Shown here piece by piece: positions 49,816 to 60,846 of a stretch of DNA of 64,000 bases (position 1 is the stretch's first letter; each line of letters opens with the position of its first letter). Source of the DNA: Actinomycetota bacterium (lineage in GTDB: Bacteria > Actinomycetota > Actinomycetes > S36-B12 > UBA5976); NCBI GenBank assembly GCA_947452765.1, contig CANGDR010000006.1:1184-65183 (forward strand). The letters are read 5' to 3'. The notes under the pieces were generated by a model that was given only the letters and a program-made list of their open reading frames with translations, was not told where the DNA came from and did not search any database. The translations under genes and the position numbers were made by a program.

Positions 49816-50217
49816 ATGTCAGAACTCAACGTTTCCGTCGTAGCGGTCGACCGCAGTGTGTGGGTCGGTACCGCTAAGTCGATCGTTGCCAAAACACCTG
49901 AGGGCGAAATTGGCATCCTGCCGGGTCACGAACCGGTGTTGTCACTTTTGGTTAATGGCGTAGTGCGCATTGAACCAACTGAAGGTGCCAATGTAGCGAT
50001 CGCAGTTCACGGCGGATTCGTGGCAGTGGATTCGGATAATGTTCGAGTCCTTGCAGAAACCGCAGAGCTTGCTTCGGACATTGACTTGGATCGTGCGCAA
50101 ACGGCGTTGACTCGAGTTCAAGGTGTCGAGACACCTGAGGCTATGGCTGCACTTCATCGGGCCGAGACTCGCATTAAGGCAGCTGCCGCCGTCACCTCGC
50201 AAGGGCTTCATAGCTAA
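49816..50217 (+). CDS. atpC: ATP synthase F1 subunit epsilon
   Basis: GEIGILPGH, HGGF; last atp gene. Confidence 0.96.
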   Translation: MSELNVSVVAVDRSVWVGTAKSIVAKTPEGEIGILPGHEPVLSLLVNGVVRIEPTEGANVAIAVHGGFVAVDSDNVRVLAETAELASDIDLDRAQTALTRVQGVETPEAMAALHRAETRIKAAAAVTSQGLHS

Positions 50218-50220
50218 AAA

Positions 50221-51945
50221 CTATTTAAAGGTATACGCACTTGTCGTAATTGTTCCCAGTGGAATCACGATCCTGAGACGATATGAACCACTACGAGAAA
50301 GCGCTACAACACGATGCGCAGTGGCTGTGTAAGTTTTAACGGTTAGCCATTGACTACCGGACTTGCGTTGAATGTAGATTTTAGATTTCGCGGGCGCAGC
50401 AACGCGTATATCTAACTTTCGGTGCGAAAGTTTAGTTATGTTCAATGATTTAGCTACCCCAGGCACTGAAATCGCATATGCCGCAGCTTGCTGGGCAGCC
50501 AATAGATCAGCTGCGGCTTTGTCCGCCGCAACCTTATCAGCAGCAGCTTTGGCCGCAGCTGCTTGAGCGGTTGCCATTTGTTGAGCTTTCAGCGCAGAAA
50601 CAAATTTTGATTTGTCGACGGCGGCTGGAGCATTTATTAACCCGAAGCCATAAATTTGGTCTTTGCCAGTTGCGCCTTTATCGACGGCAGATGAAGTAAT
50701 AATGCCTTCAACGTCGGAATTATTGAGGTGTGGATCCATTGCGAAAATTAATGCAGCCAAGCCGGATACAAAAGGGGTTGCCATAGAAGTTCCACTCAAG
50801 GATTCGTAATTTGGATCACCATCAGTCGTAGTGCATACAGTGCCTGGACTGGTGCAAGTTGACCAAATGTCAACTCCTGGAGCCACCACGTCAACATAGT
50901 CACCATTGTTTGAAAAGTTTGCAATCGCTCCGTATTGATCAACCGCTCCGACACCGATGACATTTGGATATGCTGCGGGAAAACTTGGCAATGCCGATGG
51001 ACCGCCATTGCCCGCAGCGGCAACCACTACTAGGCCCTTGGATATCGCGTAAGCTACTGCTGCGTTCAATGCAGGGCTATCTTGAGTCGCAACTATAGAT
51101 AAATTTATTACTTTCGCACCATGTTCTGCGGCATAAATAATTCCGCATGCAACATCAGCCATATCGCCGGTGCCTTGCGGCGAGATTACTCGAACTGGCA
51201 TGATAATTGCTTGCGGCGCCACAGACCTGACGCCAATCCCATTGGAAGCTATAATTCCAGCAACGTGAGTCCCGTGGCCATTGGGGTCATATTTACCAAA
51301 ATCAGCGTGAGTTTGGTTTGCAGCAGGCACTTGGTCTGTGTACGAAGTGCAGTGATCAATTAAGGTGCCTGAATTATTTAGGTAACTTATCCCATCGCGA
51401 TAGTCCACTCCATCCATTACTTTTCCACTCAAGTCTGGATTGCCTGCATCAACACCACTGTCAACTACAGCAACAATAACGCTGGCACCTTGTGTAGATG
51501 TTGATACGGATGCTGCATCTGATCCAACTGCACCTAGTCCCCATTGGGATGAAAAATATGGAGGAGCTGACAGAGGAGCTGACATTAAGTGGACTTGCCT
51601 GTCGGGTTCAATTGCCACGACCGTTGGATCATTCTTTAGTTTTGTTAGAGTAGAAACAAGTTCTGAATTAGAACTTAAATGTGCCGAATCAATTACTGGA
51701 GCGTCGTTTACGTTCCGCACGACAATCAAATCCAAAGATCCGTCAGCTATTTCACTCTTAAGTTCATTCTGGGTCGATGAGATTGCTTCGGCTTGGACTT
51801 CCCAGCTAACCTTGCCTGTGGTTAGAGCGTATGCCTTTGCAGGTGCTGAAAATCCAGCTCCAGCAATAACTAGTGACAAAGCGCCAACCAAAATTCGGGT
51901 TCGCCGATTACGCATAGGTAATTTGCGCAATTCTTTGGGATTCAT
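50221..51945 (-). CDS. Secreted S8 (subtilisin-like) serine protease
   Basis: Signal peptide; triad VVDSG / HGTHVAG / GTSMATP; AAGN oxyanion motif; Ala/Lys-rich linker and basic C-terminal domain. Confidence 0.92.
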   Translation of the reverse strand: MNPKELRKLPMRNRRTRILVGALSLVIAGAGFSAPAKAYALTTGKVSWEVQAEAISSTQNELKSEIADGSLDLIVVRNVNDAPVIDSAHLSSNSELVSTLTKLKNDPTVVAIEPDRQVHLMSAPLSAPPYFSSQWGLGAVGSDAASVSTSTQGASVIVAVVDSGVDAGNPDLSGKVMDGVDYRDGISYLNNSGTLIDHCTSYTDQVPAANQTHADFGKYDPNGHGTHVAGIIASNGIGVRSVAPQAIIMPVRVISPQGTGDMADVACGIIYAAEHGAKVINLSIVATQDSPALNAAVAYAISKGLVVVAAAGNGGPSALPSFPAAYPNVIGVGAVDQYGAIANFSNNGDYVDVVAPGVDIWSTCTSPGTVCTTTDGDPNYESLSGTSMATPFVSGLAALIFAMDPHLNNSDVEGIITSSAVDKGATGKDQIYGFGLINAPAAVDKSKFVSALKAQQMATAQAAAAKAAADKVAADKAAADLLAAQQAAAYAISVPGVAKSLNITKLSHRKLDIRVAAPAKSKIYIQRKSGSQWLTVKTYTATAHRVVALSRSGSYRLRIVIPLGTITTSAYTFK

Positions 51946-52077
51946 GATTTCCTCTCGGCCTGTTCAGTTTACCCAATCGAAAAATTAGTAAAACCTTAAA
52001 ACCATGGAATTAGTCCAAGTTTTAGCAAAGTTTCACCAGACTAAAATTTTTTCGATAGACCCGTCTAGGCTCTACTC

Positions 52078-52917
52078 ATGGCATCTCGCATCGCAGTCGT
52101 TGGAAGTATTAACGCAGACCTTGTGGTTTTGATGCCAAAATTGCCTGACCGAGGCGAAACCGTAACCAGCTCTGAACCTAAATGGTTCCCAGGCGGAAAA
52201 GGTGCAAACCAAGCGGTAGCCGCAGCTCGCATGGGCGGGATTGTCTGCATGGTCGGTGCCGTTGGAAGCGATGCACCCGGGGAAATGTGTTTAGCCGCTC
52301 TAAAGTCCAGTGGTGTCAACGCGGAGTATGTTTTAAAGACAACTGCCGCGACCAGCACTGCGCTTGTAATGGTCGAAGACTCGGGCGAAAACCAAATTGT
52401 GGTTACTGATGGCGCTAATAGTGCAGTTGAAGTTGACGCCGAATTATTAGCCAGTTTTGATGCCGTAGTTGCACAGTTCGAAATCCCAGAACCTGCTGTG
52501 TTGCAAGCGGCAAAAGCAACCAAAGGAATCTTCATAGTTAATGCTGCTCCAGTTCGGCCGATTTCCGAAGAGTTAAGCGCACTAATCGATGTACTCATTG
52601 TTAATGAGCACGAGTTTGAGCAATACGGAAAGCCAGCACATGGACTTGTAATCGTTACCGCTGGCTCCAAAGCGGTGGTTGCCTACCAAGACGGCGAAGT
52701 GGTAGCGCAATGCCAGCCGAAAAAAGTTGAGCCCGTCGACACCGTCGGAGCTGGTGATACTTTTGTTGGAGCCTTCGCAGTTGCTTACGCTGGGGGATCA
52801 TCAATCCAGGCAGCAATCGAACGCGCTTGCGCAGCTGGCGCATTATCGACGCTTAAACTTGGGGCACAATCAGGTATGCCCAATTCAGGCGCAGTAGACG
52901 TATTCATGCAAGGCTAA
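52078..52917 (+). CDS. rbsK: Ribokinase (PfkB family)
   Basis: GSINAD, GGKGANQA, NEHE, DTVGAGDTF. Confidence 0.88.
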   Translation: MASRIAVVGSINADLVVLMPKLPDRGETVTSSEPKWFPGGKGANQAVAAARMGGIVCMVGAVGSDAPGEMCLAALKSSGVNAEYVLKTTAATSTALVMVEDSGENQIVVTDGANSAVEVDAELLASFDAVVAQFEIPEPAVLQAAKATKGIFIVNAAPVRPISEELSALIDVLIVNEHEFEQYGKPAHGLVIVTAGSKAVVAYQDGEVVAQCQPKKVEPVDTVGAGDTFVGAFAVAYAGGSSIQAAIERACAAGALSTLKLGAQSGMPNSGAVDVFMQG

Positions 52918-52941
52918 GTAAACAAAATCGAAAGGCTCGAC

Positions 52942-53886
52942 ATGGGACGCGCAATACTTATCGATACCGATCCTGGCATTGACGATGCGGTAGCAATTGC
53001 GTTGGCATTAGCTGTTCCTGATGTTGAGGTCATTGGGATTACCACTGTTGGTGGCAACTCTGGTTTGCAGTACACAACTCGCAATGCGCTTCGCCTACTT
53101 GAGTTCTTTGGCCGAACCGATGTTCCGGTGGCATCTGGCTACGACGAACCATATGCTCGACCAAAAATGGAAACTGGTTACGAGCCAGTCCATGGGCACG
53201 ATGGCCTAGCTGGCGTTAATCTTCCTGAACCAACTACCAAAGTGGTTTCAACTGATGCACCAGCTTTTTTGGCAGAGAAAATTCGTATTTCACCAGATCC
53301 AGTCACCCTGGTAGCGATTGGACCGTTAACGAACATCGCACACTTAGTTGATCAGCACCCTGATGTGATTCCAATGATCGATCGATTTGTGATCATGGGC
53401 GGGGCTGCCCGAACTGGAAACGTTACTCCGGTCGCAGAGTTCAATATTTGGCATGATCCCGAAGCTGCCAAGCGAGTATTTGCAAGTGGCTTAAAACCCG
53501 TGATGGTCGGCTTAGATGTCACACATTCTGTAAAGACTTACGAAAACTTGTGGGAATGGTTATCCGGAGCAGGTCGTTTCGGAGAAGTATTCGGACACAT
53601 CCTGGGTTCTTACACGGATTTCTATTCAAGCTTTTACGGCGAACGAATGACTCACCAACATGATGCGTTAGCTATGGCGGAAGCCATCTGGCCAGGAATT
53701 ATGACCCTGGAAGATGCCTTTATCGATGTGGAATGCCAAGGGGAATTAACACTAGGTATGACTGTTACCGATACGCGGCTTCGACAAGGCGTAGTCAACG
53801 GTCAAGTAGCTTGGACTATAGATGGCGATGTTTTTCACGAAAGATTAATGTCTGCATTAAGCAATTTGGCAGCCACAATTAACTAA
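52942..53886 (+). CDS. Nucleoside hydrolase (IU-NH family)
   Basis: DTDPGIDD, GPLTN, AEFNIWHDPEAA, HDALA. Confidence 0.92.
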   Translation: MGRAILIDTDPGIDDAVAIALALAVPDVEVIGITTVGGNSGLQYTTRNALRLLEFFGRTDVPVASGYDEPYARPKMETGYEPVHGHDGLAGVNLPEPTTKVVSTDAPAFLAEKIRISPDPVTLVAIGPLTNIAHLVDQHPDVIPMIDRFVIMGGAARTGNVTPVAEFNIWHDPEAAKRVFASGLKPVMVGLDVTHSVKTYENLWEWLSGAGRFGEVFGHILGSYTDFYSSFYGERMTHQHDALAMAEAIWPGIMTLEDAFIDVECQGELTLGMTVTDTRLRQGVVNGQVAWTIDGDVFHERLMSALSNLAATIN

Positions 53887-53918
53887 TGCTCCTACGAATT
53901 CAACTCTTAGACGTGTGA

Positions 53919-53973
53919 CTTAACACAATCCAAATAATTCTCTGCTCATTCCCACACAGTTGTGACGTAACTT
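53919..53973 (+). promoter_or_regulatory. Promoter with OmpR/MprA-like direct repeats and -10 TAACTT
   Basis: CTTAACACA-N19-CATTCCCA-N13-TAACTT, matching 24345-24402. Confidence 0.5.
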
Positions 53974-54029
53974 GATATTTAACAGGCGGGAAAGTCAATC
54001 GACTACCCACAACTGAAAGGTCCGAACTC

Positions 54030-54488
54030 ATGGCGAAAAATAATAAGCCAACTGCTGAAGAACCAACTCCAGAATTGGTTGCAGCACAGCAAGTTATGGC
54101 AAGTGCCACGCCGATCCGTAACTTTTGGGCTAAGCCAGCAGTTGCAATCGCAGGAGTAGCACTAGCTTCTGGAATTGTCGGCTTCGCTATTGGTAGTGCA
54201 ACCTCACACGAAGAAGGCCGAGCTGGTATTTCTGGTGAGGGTTTTGGGCATAGAAATCATCACGGGATGCCTGGCATGCAGGGTAATAACAATCAGTTTG
54301 GTCCGCAAGGTGGTTCAGATCAAGATGGGGGCAATTGGATGGGCGGCGGTATGCCAATCCCTCCCGGCCAAGGATTTCAAGACGGACAACAACGTGGTCC
54401 AGGTGCAATGATGCAGCCTGGCCAACCAGGTCAGTTGGCACCAGGACAACCAATTCCTATTCCAACCAGTTCAACTGCAGTTCAGTAA
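54030..54488 (+). CDS. Hypothetical single-TM protein with G/Q/P-rich low-complexity tail
   Basis: RBS GAAAGG, one hydrophobic segment, then HRNHHG and PGQ repeats. Confidence 0.7.
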   Translation: MAKNNKPTAEEPTPELVAAQQVMASATPIRNFWAKPAVAIAGVALASGIVGFAIGSATSHEEGRAGISGEGFGHRNHHGMPGMQGNNNQFGPQGGSDQDGGNWMGGGMPIPPGQGFQDGQQRGPGAMMQPGQPGQLAPGQPIPIPTSSTAVQ

Positions 54489-54512
54489 AACTTTGAATAT
54501 TTCCTCTCTCAC

Positions 54513-54550
54513 ATTAAGAAAGGCCCACCAGTAGGTGGGCCTTTCTTAAT
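54513..54550. terminator. Bidirectional terminator between convergent genes
   Basis: ATTAAGAAAGGCCCACC-AGTA-GGTGGGCCTTTCTTAAT perfect 17-bp stem. Confidence 0.88.
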
Positions 54551-54579
54551 TCAGTTAGCAACTTAAATCTATCGGTGAA

Positions 54580-55152
54580 TTACCGAGTGTTACCTGGCTT
54601 CCAAAGTACGTCGCCAATTTCCTTATTTGCAACTCTCGAAAGTATGAATAGTAAATCTGAAAGTCGATTTAAGTAGTTTGCAGCTAGTACGTTCATCCCG
54701 CCGTGGTACATATCCACAGCAGCCCAAGTGCTTCGCTCAGCACGTCGAGCAACCGTACGAGCAACATGCAAGTATGCAGCACCAACCGTTCCGCCAGGCA
54801 AAATGAATGATCGCAAAGCTTCAAGCTCTTCGTTGTATTTATCGCAGGCCGCTTCAAGCCGCTCGATATATTCAGGAGTTACTCGTAGCGGTTCATGTGC
54901 TGGGTTGTCGATAACAGGAGTGCAGAGATCTGCACCTACATCGAACAATTCATTTTGGATATTTAAAAGTAATTCACGAACATCCTCGCGTAGCTCGCCA
55001 GCAGCGATGGCTAAGCCAATTGAGCTGTTGGCTTCATCAACATCCGCATACGCCTTTAGGCGCGGATCGTTCTTTCCGGTTCGGCTCATGTCACCAAGAT
55101 TGGTCGTGCCGTCATCACCAGTGCGGGTGTAAATTCTCGTTAAATTAACCAT
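54580..55152 (-). CDS. Cob(I)alamin adenosyltransferase, PduO type
   Basis: [36 protein letters not shown]. Confidence 0.95.
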   Translation of the reverse strand: MVNLTRIYTRTGDDGTTNLGDMSRTGKNDPRLKAYADVDEANSSIGLAIAAGELREDVRELLLNIQNELFDVGADLCTPVIDNPAHEPLRVTPEYIERLEAACDKYNEELEALRSFILPGGTVGAAYLHVARTVARRAERSTWAAVDMYHGGMNVLAANYLNRLSDLLFILSRVANKEIGDVLWKPGNTR

Positions 55153-55236
55153 GTTCCTAGCCTAGAGTGCATTTGTTCATTGAGCATTTGGGTCAGGGCT
55201 CAAGAAAGGCCCGATTTCACGTTATTCTGCTTAATC

Positions 55237-56514
55237 GTGGACGTGTTTCGGATTCAAGGAGGCGCTCGCCTAGCTGGCGAGGTCTATGTTTCGGGCGCAA
55301 AAAACAGCAGCCTTAAGTTGATGGCGGTCGCCCTGCTTGCACCTGGAGTGACCACAATTCACGCCGTCCCAAACATCGTTGACGTGACAATCATGGCGGA
55401 ATTGCTTCGCAGACTTGGGTGCACCGTTTCCTATGATGCTACTTCCGAAACCGTAGTAATCGAAGTCCCCGAAGTGATTGAACATCGCGCTGACTATGAC
55501 TTAGTTCGACGGATGCGTGCATCAATTGCAGTGCTCGGCCCACTTGTGGCAAGAACTGGCGCTGCCGATGTTGCACTTCCTGGCGGCGATGCAATTGGAT
55601 CTCGTGGTTTAGATATGCATACTGCTGGCCTTGAGCGAATGGGTGCCACTGTTACGAACGAACATGGCTATTTGGTAGTTCATGCTCCGCTTGAAGGACT
55701 TATTGGAACGCAAGTATTTCTTGACTTCCCGAGTGTTGGCGCGACCGAAACTTTATTGATGGCCGGAGTTACTGCAAACGGAACAACAGTCATTGATAAC
55801 GCAGCGCGTGAACCTGAAATCGTTGATATCTGCAACATGTTGGTCAGAATGGGCGCACAAATTGAAGGCATAGGTTCACACTTGCTGACGATAACAGGTG
55901 TGTCAGCTTTGAATCCTGTTGAGTACACGACAGTTTCTGATCGAATTGTTGCTGGTACTTGGGCTGTTGCCGCTGCTATCACGCAAGGCGACATAACAGT
56001 TCACAATGCAAACCCGGATCACTTAGCGATTGCATTAGAAAAACTTGTTACAGCAGGCGCAATAGTCAATAAAACAGGTACCGGATTTCGGATTCAAATG
56101 GAGCGGCGCCCAACTGCTATTGACATAGCTACGCTTCCTTATCCAGGATTTCCTACTGACTTACAACCGCAGTTCATTGCGCTAAATGCAATCGCTGAAG
56201 GTTCTGCCATGGTTACTGAAAACCTATTCGAAGGAAGATTCAGATTCGTTCAGGAACTTTCTCGACTGGGTGCCGAAGTTAGAACTGATGGACACCATGC
56301 TCTTATTCGCGGGCGCACCGGTCTTTCTGGCGCCCCAGTCGAGGCAACGGACATTAGGGCGGGCGCTGGTTTAGTGCTGGCTGGGTTGGTGGCAGATGGC
56401 GAGACAACAGTTCATGCCGTAGATCATATTGATCGAGGCTATGTGAATTTTGAGAAGCAACTAACACTTCTTGGCGCAGATATTGTGCGCGAATCTATCG
56501 CTGACCTTTCTTAA
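55237..56514 (+). CDS. murA: UDP-N-acetylglucosamine 1-carboxyvinyltransferase (Asp at the fosfomycin-target Cys position)
   Basis: [40 protein letters not shown]; GTG start behind TATTCT. Confidence 0.95.
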   Translation: MDVFRIQGGARLAGEVYVSGAKNSSLKLMAVALLAPGVTTIHAVPNIVDVTIMAELLRRLGCTVSYDATSETVVIEVPEVIEHRADYDLVRRMRASIAVLGPLVARTGAADVALPGGDAIGSRGLDMHTAGLERMGATVTNEHGYLVVHAPLEGLIGTQVFLDFPSVGATETLLMAGVTANGTTVIDNAAREPEIVDICNMLVRMGAQIEGIGSHLLTITGVSALNPVEYTTVSDRIVAGTWAVAAAITQGDITVHNANPDHLAIALEKLVTAGAIVNKTGTGFRIQMERRPTAIDIATLPYPGFPTDLQPQFIALNAIAEGSAMVTENLFEGRFRFVQELSRLGAEVRTDGHHALIRGRTGLSGAPVEATDIRAGAGLVLAGLVADGETTVHAVDHIDRGYVNFEKQLTLLGADIVRESIADLS

Positions 56515-56824
56515 GAATTGCTTTCGCAGAGTCAACATCTTTAGGCCAAACCATTATGCGCGGACCGTCATTAGTTTGAGCCAAACTGGCGCGAATTCCA
56601 GAATCGACTAACGTGCGACGCAGGACTTCACCTTCGATGTAATTGTTCGGGGTCGCAATGGGTGTCAGCATTCCATATTCTTCGGGATTACCAGGTTTAA
56701 CGGGCCGCTCAACGACAGAAGTTCCGCGGGCAAAAGCCCAGCGCAAGATCAGAATCATCACTCCAACACCAATGAAACCCATCAAGGGTCCAAAGAAGTA
56801 TGAAAACGAATTCCAGGCTGGCAC
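56495..56824 (-). CDS. Small membrane-anchored hypothetical protein
   Basis: N-terminal TM plus small soluble domain; CAGAAT -10 before the start. Confidence 0.65.
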   Translation of the reverse strand: MPAWNSFSYFFGPLMGFIGVGVMILILRWAFARGTSVVERPVKPGNPEEYGMLTPIATPNNYIEGEVLRRTLVDSGIRASLAQTNDGPRIMVWPKDVDSAKAILKKGQR

Positions 56825-56931
56825 ATTTCAGATTCTGCCTGAGATTTCTAGTCAGCGCGCGTTATTCGATCTGGTTTCATTCGAAGACAGGCTTGGGTAG
56901 TCAGAATTTATCCGTCTGACAGAATTGGCCT

Positions 56932-58053
56932 ATGAGTTACTCAAAGATTGGCGTTGTCGGACTTGGCATCATGGGGGCCGGAATTGTCGAAGTTTTTGCT
57001 CGATCTGGTTACGAGGTAATTGGGGTCGCTGAAAGTGAGGCAGCCGTAGAAATCGGTAGAGGCAACTTAGCGAAATCATTAAGTCGGGCAGTCAGTAAAG
57101 GAAAGCTTTCGCAAAATGAAAGCGATGTGATTACTGGGCGAGTAACTTTCGGGCCAGAGTTTAAATTGCTATCCGATTGCGATTTAGTTGTTGAAGCTGC
57201 TCCTGAAATCCTTTCGCTAAAAACCTCAATCTTTTCGCAATTAGATCAAGTGGTTAAACCTTCAGGCATCTTGGCTACCAATACATCCAGCCTTTCCGTA
57301 ACTCAGATCGCCCAAGCAACTAATCGGTCGGGTCAAGTTGTTGGGTTACATTTCTTTAATCCCGCTCCAGTTCAAAAATTTGTGGAAGTGATCGGAACGA
57401 AAATTTCGGATCCAGATGTTGTCGCCTCGGTAACTGCATTAGGCGCTGCATTGGGTAAGCGCACTGCACAGGTAACGGATAAGCCAGGATTTATCGTGAA
57501 CAAATTGCTACTTCGGTATTTGAATCACGCGGTACAAATTCTTGATGCCGGCAGTGCCTCTAAGGAACAACTGGATGCGGCAATGCGCGAATTATCAAAC
57601 TACCCGATGGGTCCATGTGAATTGCTGGACTTAGTAGGGATTGATACCTGCGTCGAAATTATGAAAACCATACATGCGGATACTGGGCTGGATATTGATA
57701 TTCCGGCGCAAGGAATGCTAGAGCTCGTCGCAGACGGGAAAATGGGGCGCAAAACTGGCTCAGGTTTTTATGACTATTCGCAATCGCACGAAGCGCCAAC
57801 AGATTCTGACGAATTGATAAAGGCTCAAGTGCACCTAGATCTAGTCACAGCTTATTTGGGTGATTGCATCGCGATGCAGGCAACTGGCTATGCATCTCGC
57901 GAAGATATCGACGCAGGTATGAAACTTGGTTGTGGGCTACCAGAAGGTCCATTCGAAGTTATTGAACGCGTCGGACTTTCACAGGTGCGGAAAAATCAAG
58001 CTGATTTAGCAAATCGAACCGGTATTTCGTCCTATCAGCCCTTGTCGCTTTAA
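56932..58053 (+). CDS. 3-hydroxyacyl(butyryl)-CoA dehydrogenase with duplicated C-terminal domain
   Basis: GLGIMGAG, ATNTSSLS, GLHFFNPAP, PGFIVN, PMGP, second DIDAGMKLGCGLPEGPF. Confidence 0.9.
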   Translation: MSYSKIGVVGLGIMGAGIVEVFARSGYEVIGVAESEAAVEIGRGNLAKSLSRAVSKGKLSQNESDVITGRVTFGPEFKLLSDCDLVVEAAPEILSLKTSIFSQLDQVVKPSGILATNTSSLSVTQIAQATNRSGQVVGLHFFNPAPVQKFVEVIGTKISDPDVVASVTALGAALGKRTAQVTDKPGFIVNKLLLRYLNHAVQILDAGSASKEQLDAAMRELSNYPMGPCELLDLVGIDTCVEIMKTIHADTGLDIDIPAQGMLELVADGKMGRKTGSGFYDYSQSHEAPTDSDELIKAQVHLDLVTAYLGDCIAMQATGYASREDIDAGMKLGCGLPEGPFEVIERVGLSQVRKNQADLANRTGISSYQPLSL

Positions 58054-58082
58054 TCACGAATTAAGAATCTACAATTGAATGT

Positions 58083-58355
58083 ATGGGCCGCCGAAATCGC
58101 AGAGAACCACACCAAGAGGTTTCCGAGCTGAAGTTAGGAAACTTTGGCCGCACCGAATCGCATTCTGATGGTGATTGGCAAGTTGTTTCGTTAACGGGTG
58201 AGACTTCACTTAAGGTCTACAAATGCCCAGGCTGCAATAGCGAAATTCAACCTAAAACACCTCATGTAGTTGCCTGGCTGTTAGATATGCCCGTTGAAGA
58301 GCGGCGTCACTGGCACACTGCGTGCTGGAAGCGCCGCACCCCAAAGAGGTTTTAG
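58083..58355 (+). CDS. Conserved actinobacterial small protein (possible Zn-binding)
   Basis: YKCPGC...HVVAW...RRHWHTACW. Confidence 0.75.
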   Translation: MGRRNRREPHQEVSELKLGNFGRTESHSDGDWQVVSLTGETSLKVYKCPGCNSEIQPKTPHVVAWLLDMPVEERRHWHTACWKRRTPKRF

Positions 58356-59110
58356 TTTTGACTGACATAGTTTCAAATAGCGTCCTTCCAGCAATTCGTG
58401 AAGCAATCACGCTTAATACAAGTGATGGCCTAACGCTGGTGGGCGAGTTGGCACTGCCTGAATCAGTTCCGCCTAAAGCGACACTGTTGTTACTTCATCC
58501 CAACCCGACGGGTGGCGGGATGATGGATAGCCACCTTTATCGAAAAGCAGCTTGGCGACTTCCAGCACTGGCTGATGTAGCCGTACTTAGATGGAATTTC
58601 CGAGGGGCAACGAGCGCAGCCGGAACTAGCGAAGGCCACTATGACGAAGGTGGCGCCGAAGGAAAAGATTTGGCAGCAGCGCTGCAGTTCGCAAAAGAAC
58701 GCGGGCTTCCAAATATTTGGCTGATCGGTTGGTCGTTTGGTACTGATGTGATTTTGATGCATGGAAATGTTGACCCAGTCCAAGGTGCAATTTTATTTAG
58801 CCCACCATTGATGTGGGGTAAGGATGAGCACTTAGCGGACTGGGCAAGCTCACGCCGTCCATTAGTTGCATTAGTTCCGGAATTTGATGACTATCTAAAA
58901 CCGGATGAGGCGAAACAGAGATTTGCAGCTGTTCCGCAGTGTGAGGTTGTAGCAATTCCTGAGGGTAAGCACCTTTGGGTGGGTGAAAAATTTGTGCGCC
59001 TTGCGTGGGATTTGGCCCTTAAGCGAATCCGACCTGAAATGCCTGAACTTGACTGGACTTGGGATGGTCCAATGTCACGCTGGGACGATCTAGTAAATAA
59101 ATCTAAATAA
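58322..59110 (+). CDS. Alpha/beta hydrolase
   Basis: HPNPTGGGMMD, NFRG, GWSFG nucleophile elbow; start may be slightly downstream. Confidence 0.85.
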   Translation: MLEAPHPKEVLVLTDIVSNSVLPAIREAITLNTSDGLTLVGELALPESVPPKATLLLLHPNPTGGGMMDSHLYRKAAWRLPALADVAVLRWNFRGATSAAGTSEGHYDEGGAEGKDLAAALQFAKERGLPNIWLIGWSFGTDVILMHGNVDPVQGAILFSPPLMWGKDEHLADWASSRRPLVALVPEFDDYLKPDEAKQRFAAVPQCEVVAIPEGKHLWVGEKFVRLAWDLALKRIRPEMPELDWTWDGPMSRWDDLVNKSK

Positions 59111-59548
59111 CTATTTTGGTAGCTCTACTAGTTCAACTAAAACTCCGCCAGCATCCTTGGGGTGAACGAAGTTTATTCGTGAACCGGCAGTACCAATTCG
59201 GGAGTCCGGATAAATAAGTCGCATTCCTGCCGCAGTTACGGCAGCCATGGCTAAGTCAATATTTGAAACGCGGAATGCAAGTTGTTGGATTCCTTCGCCA
59301 TTCTTAGCGAGAAATTTTGCAATCGTGCTTTCTGAATTAAGCGGCGCAATAAGTTGAATTCGAGACCCATCGGCAACACCGAGCATGGCTTCTTCAATAC
59401 CTTGTTCGATATTGGTTTCGCGATGTGTGACTTTGAGTCCAAAAGTCTTTGACCAACGATCGATTGCAGCATCCAGGTCGGAAACAGCAAGCCCAACATG
59501 ATCAATTCCAAGCAGAGTTCCACCGAGCGCTTCTTGAACTGTGGCCAT
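59111..59548 (-). CDS. mce: Methylmalonyl-CoA epimerase
   Basis: IDHVGLAV, GEGIQQLA, FVHPKDAGGVLVELVE; ATG after AAGAAGG. Confidence 0.92.
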   Translation of the reverse strand: MATVQEALGGTLLGIDHVGLAVSDLDAAIDRWSKTFGLKVTHRETNIEQGIEEAMLGVADGSRIQLIAPLNSESTIAKFLAKNGEGIQQLAFRVSNIDLAMAAVTAAGMRLIYPDSRIGTAGSRINFVHPKDAGGVLVELVELPK

Positions 59549-59670
59549 TATTACCTTCTTAATTGATGGGCGGATTTCTGTTGGATCTGAAATCCTCGCT
59601 ATTGTGACAGTAGGGGAATGGCACTGCCCTAGGCAATTCCAACCCATATCTTCGAACCGAAAGGCCCTGC

Positions 59671-60846
59671 ATGTCCGTGATAGTTGGTGGAGCTCGCACT
59701 GGAATTGGTCGACTCCTAGGCAGCCTAAAAGATGTATCTGCAGTTGAGCTTGGTGCCACTGCGATTAGGGGTGCTATCGAAAAGGCAGGTATTTCAGCCA
59801 GCGATGTGGATTACGTAATCATGGGCCATGTACTCCAAGCTGGTGCTGGGCAAATGCCGGCGCGCCAGGCGGCGTTGAAAGCGGGAATTGGTTTTGACGT
59901 TCCAGCAATGAGCATCAATAAGGTCTGCCTATCAGGCATCAATGCAATCGCACTTGCCGACCAATTGATTCGTGCCGGGGAAGCCGATGTTGTAGTTGCC
60001 GGTGGCATGGAAAGTATGACTAATGCGCCGCACGTACTTGTGGGAAGCCGCGAAGGTATGAAGTATGGCGATTGGACGCTGAAAGACACTATGGCTTTTG
60101 ATGGTCTGTATTGTGCAATTGACAACCTTGGTATGGGTGAAGCAACTGATAAGTACACAGCAAAAGCAAAGATTTCACGGGAAAGGCAAGACGAGTTTTC
60201 AGCAAAATCACATAAGCGCGCTGCTGATGCCCATGCCGCTGGAATTTTTGACGATGAAATAGTTCCAGTTGAAATCCCGCAACGTAAAGGTGATCCGATT
60301 ATGTTTGCCACAGACGAAGGCATTCGCGGGGAAACTACTAAAGAAACTCTGGGGAAACTCCGCCCGGCTTTCGATGCTAATGGCACGATCACAGCCGGAT
60401 CCTCGTCTCAAATTAGCGATGGTGCTGCAGTTGTAATCGTGATGAGTGAAAAGAAAGCCGCGGAACTTGGTGTAAAGGTTCGTGCTGAAATTATTTCTCA
60501 CGGTATGGTCGCAGGTCCAGATGCATCTCTGATTTCGCAACCAGCTCGCGCTATAACTAAAGCTGCGAAAAAAGCCGGTCTAGATCCTGCCAAACTTGAT
60601 TTATACGAAATGAATGAAGCATTTGCCTCCGTTGCATTGCAAAGTATGGATGAGCTTGGAATTGACGACAGTAAAGTTAATGTAAATGGTGGTGCGATTG
60701 CGTTAGGACATCCAATTGGTATGTCCGGAGCGCGCATAGTTCTGCACCTAGTCAATGAGCTAGAACGTCGAGGTGGTGGAACTGGCGCCGCTGCACTCTG
60801 TGGTGGTGGCGGTCAAGGCGACGCTTTAATTATTCGCGTCCCTTAA
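59671..60846 (+). CDS. Acetyl-CoA C-acetyltransferase (thiolase)
   Basis: [34 protein letters not shown]. Confidence 0.95.
   Translation: MSVIVGGARTGIGRLLGSLKDVSAVELGATAIRGAIEKAGISASDVDYVIMGHVLQAGAGQMPARQAALKAGIGFDVPAMSINKVCLSGINAIALADQLIRAGEADVVVAGGMESMTNAPHVLVGSREGMKYGDWTLKDTMAFDGLYCAIDNLGMGEATDKYTAKAKISRERQDEFSAKSHKRAADAHAAGIFDDEIVPVEIPQRKGDPIMFATDEGIRGETTKETLGKLRPAFDANGTITAGSSSQISDGAAVVIVMSEKKAAELGVKVRAEIISHGMVAGPDASLISQPARAITKAAKKAGLDPAKLDLYEMNEAFASVALQSMDELGIDDSKVNVNGGAIALGHPIGMSGARIVLHLVNELERRGGGTGAAALCGGGGQGDALIIRVP

Noticed and set aside
55570-55610. MurA Cys->Asp (LPGGDAIG) as acquired fosfomycin resistance
   Set aside because: Intrinsic, common state in Actinobacteria
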